The notes beneath the pieces are model-generated. The model ran no database searches and had not been told where the DNA came from. It saw nothing but the letters and a program-made list of their open reading frames with translations. Positions 16,055-21,929 of a stretch of 21,929 bases of DNA are shown here, one piece after another; the stretch's first letter is position 1, and the number at the start of each line of letters is the position of its first letter. The stretch is from Thermoanaerobaculia bacterium (GTDB lineage Bacteria; Acidobacteriota; Thermoanaerobaculia; Multivoradales; UBA5704), in NCBI GenBank assembly GCA_044226625.1, contig JBGAGQ010000083.1:1-21929 (forward strand), written 5' to 3'. The translations under genes were made by a program, and so were the position numbers.

Positions 16055-16537
16055 GTGATGTTTGAGCTCAGCCTGCCAAGAACGGCACTCGTCGTCGCCT
16101 CCCTCCTCCTCGGCGTGGGCGCCGCCGCCCCCGCACCTGCCCCAGCCGACCGTGCCACCCTCACCGATCAGGTGAAGGCCACGGAAACGGCGTTCGCCAA
16201 GACCATGGCCGATCAGGATCACGCGGCCTTCACCTCGTTCCTGTCCGAGGAGGCGATATTTTTCACCGGCGGGGAGCCGCTGCGCGGCAAAGAGAAGGTC
16301 GCGGCGTGGTGGAAGCGCTTCTTCGCCGACAAGAAGCCCCCATTCTCCTGGCGGCCGGAGAAGGTGGAGGTTCTCGACTCTGGGACGCTCGCGCTGAGCA
16401 CGGGTCCCGTTTCCGATCCCGCCGGCAAGCCGATCGGCACGTTCACCTCGATCTGGCGCCTGGAGGCCCCGGGAACCTGGCGGATCATCTTCGACAAAGG
16501 ATGCCCCGTCTGCACGGCGGAAACGCCCAAGCCGTGA
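16055..16537 (+). CDS. Secreted NTF2-like (DUF4440/SnoaL-like) protein, 160 aa
   Basis: GGAGG RBS; signal peptide; E.AFAKTMADQD..AF..FL.EEAIFF, FSW.P..VEV..SG.LALSTGPV, FTSIWR...WRIIFDKG. Confidence 0.85.
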   Translation: MMFELSLPRTALVVASLLLGVGAAAPAPAPADRATLTDQVKATETAFAKTMADQDHAAFTSFLSEEAIFFTGGEPLRGKEKVAAWWKRFFADKKPPFSWRPEKVEVLDSGTLALSTGPVSDPAGKPIGTFTSIWRLEAPGTWRIIFDKGCPVCTAETPKP

Positions 16538-16591
16538 GGCGTTCGTAGCGCCCCGGAAGGATCGTGGCCCTGTGCTCCAGGGTGCCGGCCG

Positions 16592-16627
16592 TCCTTCGCG
16601 AGGGAAAACGCCTTCCCTCGCGAGGGA
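16592..16627. terminator. 15 bp inverted repeat between convergent genes (possible bidirectional terminator or REP-like element)
   Basis: TCCTTCGCGAGGGAA-aacgcc-TTCCCTCGCGAGGGA with one non-Watson-Crick position; no U-tract. Confidence 0.5.
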
Positions 16628-16666
16628 TCGATCGAGCCGGCGGGGGTGATCCCGAACTTCGAGTCG

Positions 16667-17428
<762 letters not shown>

Positions 17429-17469
17429 GGGCGACTCCTTTACGGAAGAGGCGCCGGGGGCGGGACCTC

Positions 17470-17495
17470 GGCGCGGTCCAGATCTCGACCGCGCC
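17470..17495. other. 9 bp perfect hairpin between the HD gene and sod (5'-UTR stem or weak terminator)
   Basis: GGCGCGGTC-cagatctc-GACCGCGCC, preceded on the minus strand by the -10-like TAAGGTAAAGT. Confidence 0.4.
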
Positions 17496-17511
17496 ACTTT
17501 ACCTTACGCTT

Positions 17512-18102
17512 TCAGGCTCCGGGGTCATTGCCCTTTCGGGCCGCGAGCTCGTCGAACACCGCGCGCACTTCGGCGAACGCCGGATCGGGAAAGTTCTCCG
17601 GGTGGTCCCAGAACTCGGCGAGCGCGCCTTGCCCCCAACTCTGGTAGACCGAAACCTTGAGCATCAGCTGGAGCTTGTCGCAGGCCTTGACCAGCCGCGC
17701 CTCGGCGCTTTCGCCCTTCTCGTACTCTTCGTAGAGCTCGCGCGCCGCGGCGGGGAGCGGCGCCAGGATGTCGTCCATCGCGAGCGATTCGGCCGCTTTC
17801 TTCGCGCCGTCGGGAAAGTAGGGCGCCGCAGTCCGCGGTAGGTCGCCCACCCGGATCTCCGCGAGATCGTGGACGAGCGCGATGCCCATCGCGCGGGAGA
17901 GGTCGATCCCCGAAACCCGCGCGCCGAGCGCCCAGACCAGGAAGACGACGTGGAAGCTGTGCTCGGAGACGCTTTCGGGGTCCGGAACGCCGCGCAGCAC
18001 GTAACCGCTGCGCGGCACCCGGTCGAGAATCTGGAGCTCGAGGAAGAGATCGAGCGGCGATCCGTTCGGGCGATTGCCGCGGAAGCTTCCTCTATCGGCC
18101 AT
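17512..18102 (-). CDS. HD-domain phosphohydrolase (YfbR/HDDC2-like 5'-deoxynucleotidase family), 196 aa
   Basis: RVPRSGY...ESVSEHS, ALVHDLAE..GD, EARLVKACDKLQ. Confidence 0.9.
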   Translation of the reverse strand: MADRGSFRGNRPNGSPLDLFLELQILDRVPRSGYVLRGVPDPESVSEHSFHVVFLVWALGARVSGIDLSRAMGIALVHDLAEIRVGDLPRTAAPYFPDGAKKAAESLAMDDILAPLPAAARELYEEYEKGESAEARLVKACDKLQLMLKVSVYQSWGQGALAEFWDHPENFPDPAFAEVRAVFDELAARKGNDPGA

Positions 18103-18517
18103 CCGGGGCGACCGGAGCGACCGAGGCGGCAGGCACGCCGTGCGGACCGTTCGGATCGGTCGGGCTTCCGAGGTCGCCCAACTGGCCCGCCATCCCCTGA
18201 CCGGGCGCTTCGAACGGCGCGGCGCGCACGGTGTCCGACATCCGGCGCGAGGCGTAATCCATCATCGTCACGCCGATCAGGAAGCCGAGCCAGAGCACCG
18301 AGCCGATCACCGTGAGCTTGGTGAGCCGCGTGCTGTACTTGACGTGCATGAAGAACAGGACGACCAGCGTCGCCTTGGTCACCGCGATCGCGAGCGCCAC
18401 GATGTCGTTGGCGGCGCCCAGGTCGAATTTCGCCACCAGGACCGTCGCGGCGGTCAGGACCATCAGCGCGGCGAAGACCAGGATGTACGGCCGAAGGGAA
18501 GGCTTGTGATCGGACAT
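18092..18517 (-). CDS. ctaF: caa3-type cytochrome c oxidase subunit IV, about 141 aa
   Basis: YILVFAALMVLT..TV, ALAIAVTKATLVVLFFMHVKY, MDYASR. Start reassigned to ATG 18517, just after the subunit III stop. Confidence 0.88.
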   Translation of the reverse strand: MSDHKPSLRPYILVFAALMVLTAATVLVAKFDLGAANDIVALAIAVTKATLVVLFFMHVKYSTRLTKLTVIGSVLWLGFLIGVTMMDYASRRMSDTVRAAPFEAPGQGMAGQLGDLGSPTDPNGPHGVPAASVAPVAPDGR

Positions 18518-18525
18518 GGAATCCC

Positions 18526-19225
<700 letters not shown>

Positions 19226-19233
<8 letters not shown>

Positions 19234-20884
19234 GGGCGGCCTCCCCTTTGGCGGCGATCGTCGGCCGCTGGTCGATGTAGTCGTAGGCGTCGTACGTGAC
19301 GACCGGAGTCTCATGGAAGTTGAACGTCGGCGGCGGCGAGCTGGTCTGCCATTCCAGGCCGACCGCACCCCACGGGTTGTCCTCCGCCTTCTCGCCGTAG
19401 CGCATCGACCAGGCGAAATAGATCGCCGGCAAGAGGTAGCCCACGCCGAGGATCGAGGCGCCCGCGGTCGAGAGGACGTTCAGCACCTGGAACTCCGGAG
19501 CGTAGCTCCAGTAGCGGCGCGGCATGCCCATGTAGCCGAGCAGGAACTGGGGGAAGAAGGTGAGGTTGAAGCCGACGAACACCAGCATCGCCGAGATCTT
19601 TGCCCAAAACGGCCGGTACTTGCGGCCGGTGATCTTCGGCCACCAGTAATGGAGCCCGCCGAGGTAGGCCATGATCGTGCCGCCGACCATGACGTAGTGG
19701 AAGTGGGCGACGATGAAGTAGGTGTCGTGGAGATGGGCGTCGATGCCGAGCGTGCCGATCATGACGCCGGTCAAGCCGCCGATCGTGAACAAGCCGATGA
19801 AGCCCAGGGCGTAGAGCATCGGCGTGTCCCAGGAGACCGATCCCTCGTAGAGCGTCGCGGTCCAGTTGAAGACTTTGACCGCTGAGGGGATCGCGACCAG
19901 CATCGTCAGCAGCGAGAAGACCGTCGAGGCGTAGATCGACTGCCCGGAGACGAACATGTGGTGGCCCCAGACCAAGAAGCCGAGCACGGCGATCGCGATC
20001 GAAGCGAGCGCCACGATCTTGTAGCCGAAGACCGGTTTGCGCGAGAAGGCCGCGACCAGCTCCGAAACGATGCCCATCGCCGGGAGGACCATGATGTAGA
20101 CCGCCGGGTGGGAGTAGAACCAGAACAGGTGCTGGAAGAGCACCGGGTCGCCGCCGAGGCGCGGATCGAACAGGCCCAGGTGGAGTGCCCGCTCGGCCGC
20201 GACCATCAGGATCGTCACCGCGACCACCGGGGTACCGAGCAGCATGATCAGGCTGGTCGCGTAGTGCGACCAGATGAACAGCGGCAAGCGGAACCAGGTC
20301 AGGCCCGGCGCACGCATTCGGTGGATGGTGACCACGAAGTTCAGGCCGGTGAGAATCGACGAGAAGCCCGAGATGAACACCCCGAGCGCAGCCATCATCA
20401 CCTGCCCCTGCGCGTAATGGGTGGAGAGCGGCGTGTAGAACGTCCAGCCGGTGTCGACGCCGCCGTGGATCATCGCCCACAGGGTGAAGACGCCGCCGAT
20501 CATGTAGAGATACCAGGACAGCAGGTTGATCCGCGGGAAGGCGAGGTCTTTCGCCCCGATCATCAGCGGCACCAGGAAGTTGCCGAGCACGGCCGGAATC
20601 GCCGGGATCAGGAAGAAGAAGACCATGGCGATGCCGTGCATCGAGAACACCCGGTTGTAGGTGTCGGCCTGCATCAGGTCGCCGTCCGGGGTGAGCAGCT
20701 CCAGGCGGATCAGCAGCGCCATGATGCCGCCGATGAAGAAAAACGCCGTGACCGACAGCAGATAGAGGATCGCGATCCGCTTGTGGTCCTTGGTGAGCAG
20801 CCAGGAGCGCAGGCCGTAGCCGTTGTTCAGGTAGTTCGTACCCGAGCTCGGATGGTTGATGTCCGTCGATACCGCGTGGCTCAT
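19226..20884 (-). CDS. ctaD: Cytochrome c oxidase subunit I, A2-type heme-copper oxidase, about 552 aa
   Basis: [31 protein letters not shown] (YS motif of type A2), WGHHM, AHFHY, GMPRR. ATGA overlap with subunit II. Confidence 0.96.
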
Positions 20885-21882
20885 AGCGTCCCTCGGTCGG
20901 CCGCGGCGCCCTGTCCGGCGGTCGAAGCCTGCTGCTGCGAAGAAGTACCGTTCAGCGATTTGATGTAGGCGAGTAGCGCGGCGAGCTGTTCCTCGCTCAC
21001 CTGGCCCTGGAACGTGGGCATGATCGGCTGCCAACCGGCCACCAGCCGCGCGCCCGGGTTGAGGATCGACTCGCGCAGATAGGTGTCGTCCGCCTTGACG
21101 GTGGCACCGTCGGCGAGCGCCACGTCACGGCCGTAGAGGCCGGCGAGCTGCGGCGCCCGCGCCGGACGCGGATCGTTCGCGGCGCGGTGGCAGGTGTCGC
21201 AGGCGAAGGTCTGGAAGAGCTGCGCGCCGGTGGCGACCGGAGGCTTGCCGGCCGGGCTTCCCGCCAGCCATTGCTCGTATTCGTTCGGCTCCATCGCGAT
21301 CACCCGACCGATCATGCGCGAGTGCTCGGTGCCGCAGTACTCGGCGCAGAACAGGTGGTAGGTGCCGGCCTTGGTCGCCTTGAACCAGAGCGTGGTGTAG
21401 CGGCCCGGCACCGCGTCCTGCTTGGTCCGGAACGCCGGTACGTAGAGGCTGTGGATGACGTCCTCGGAGGTCATGGTGACCTTGATCGAGCGGCCGACCG
21501 GGACGTGAAGGTCGTTGATCTCGCGCACCCCTTCCGGATGCTGGAACTTCCACATCCACTGCTTGCCGACCGCGAAGTATTCCTGGGCGTCCGACGGCGG
21601 CCGGTACAGATCGTAGAAGACGCGCGTGCCCCAGACGAACATCGAAAGGGCGATGACGAGCGGGATCACTGACCAGCCGATTTCGAGCCACGGCGCCGCG
21701 CGCTCTTCCTCTCCGATGTCGTCCTCGTTACGGCGCTTGTACTTGACGAAGAAGAAGACCAGCAGCACCGCGATCAGGAGCGAGAAGAAGACGCTCACCG
21801 CCGCCCATACGAGATACAGGGCGTCGACCTGGCCGGCCAGGCTCGACGCCGCGTCGGGAAAGAATTGGAGCTCGCTCCGCAT
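20881..21882 (-). CDS. ctaC: Cytochrome c oxidase subunit II with fused cytochrome c domain (caa3 type), about 333 aa
   Basis: KQWMW, EDVIHS, CuA motif [12 protein letters not shown], heme motif CDTCH, MPTFQGQ. Confidence 0.96.
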   Translation of the reverse strand: MRSELQFFPDAASSLAGQVDALYLVWAAVSVFFSLLIAVLLVFFFVKYKRRNEDDIGEEERAAPWLEIGWSVIPLVIALSMFVWGTRVFYDLYRPPSDAQEYFAVGKQWMWKFQHPEGVREINDLHVPVGRSIKVTMTSEDVIHSLYVPAFRTKQDAVPGRYTTLWFKATKAGTYHLFCAEYCGTEHSRMIGRVIAMEPNEYEQWLAGSPAGKPPVATGAQLFQTFACDTCHRAANDPRPARAPQLAGLYGRDVALADGATVKADDTYLRESILNPGARLVAGWQPIMPTFQGQVSEEQLAALLAYIKSLNGTSSQQQASTAGQGAAADRGTL

Positions 21883-21884
21883 GG

Positions 21885-21929
21885 TCAAGCTGCCCTCAGC
21901 GAGTTGATCTCCCGCCGCCGCAGGATGAC
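21885..21929 (-). CDS. 3' end of the upstream operon gene (possibly SCO family), partial
   Basis: VILRRREINSLRAA* ends 2 nt before the ctaC ATG. The identity is guessed only from the usual order of caa3 operons. Confidence 0.35.
   Translation of the reverse strand, partial: VILRRREINSLRAA

Noticed and set aside
17429-17511. Possible Mn-sensing yybP-ykoY riboswitch upstream of sod
   Set aside because: Only one simple hairpin is visible and I could not find the conserved aptamer loops. An Rfam scan would settle it.

Overview
GC-rich bacterial chromosomal segment. The PadR plus duplicated orphan permease pair and the overall gene content suggest Acidobacteriota (inference). Left to right: a type II toxin-antitoxin pair whose PIN toxin carries an in-frame amber codon; a TonB C-terminal domain protein; a secreted Cys-rich beta-propeller-like protein; a divergent pair made of a beta-helix/choice-of-anchor-Q/Calx-beta surface protein with an internal IPTL-CTERM-like signal and a three-domain 2OG-Fe(II) hydroxylase/sulfotransferase/TIGR03032-like protein; PadR with a double palindromic operator and an ADOP-type permease; thioredoxin 2; a serine hydrolase; three tandem DinB proteins, a SAM-binding protein and an NTF2-like protein; a Tat-exported Mn-SOD; an HD hydrolase; and the distal part of an A2-type caa3 oxidase operon. 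The best candidate for an undescribed system is 3179-8723: a possible hydroxylation/sulfation modifier next to a surface protein that seems to have a second signal peptide and secreted domain after its sorting signal. Family calls are by motif recognition only; no searches were run.
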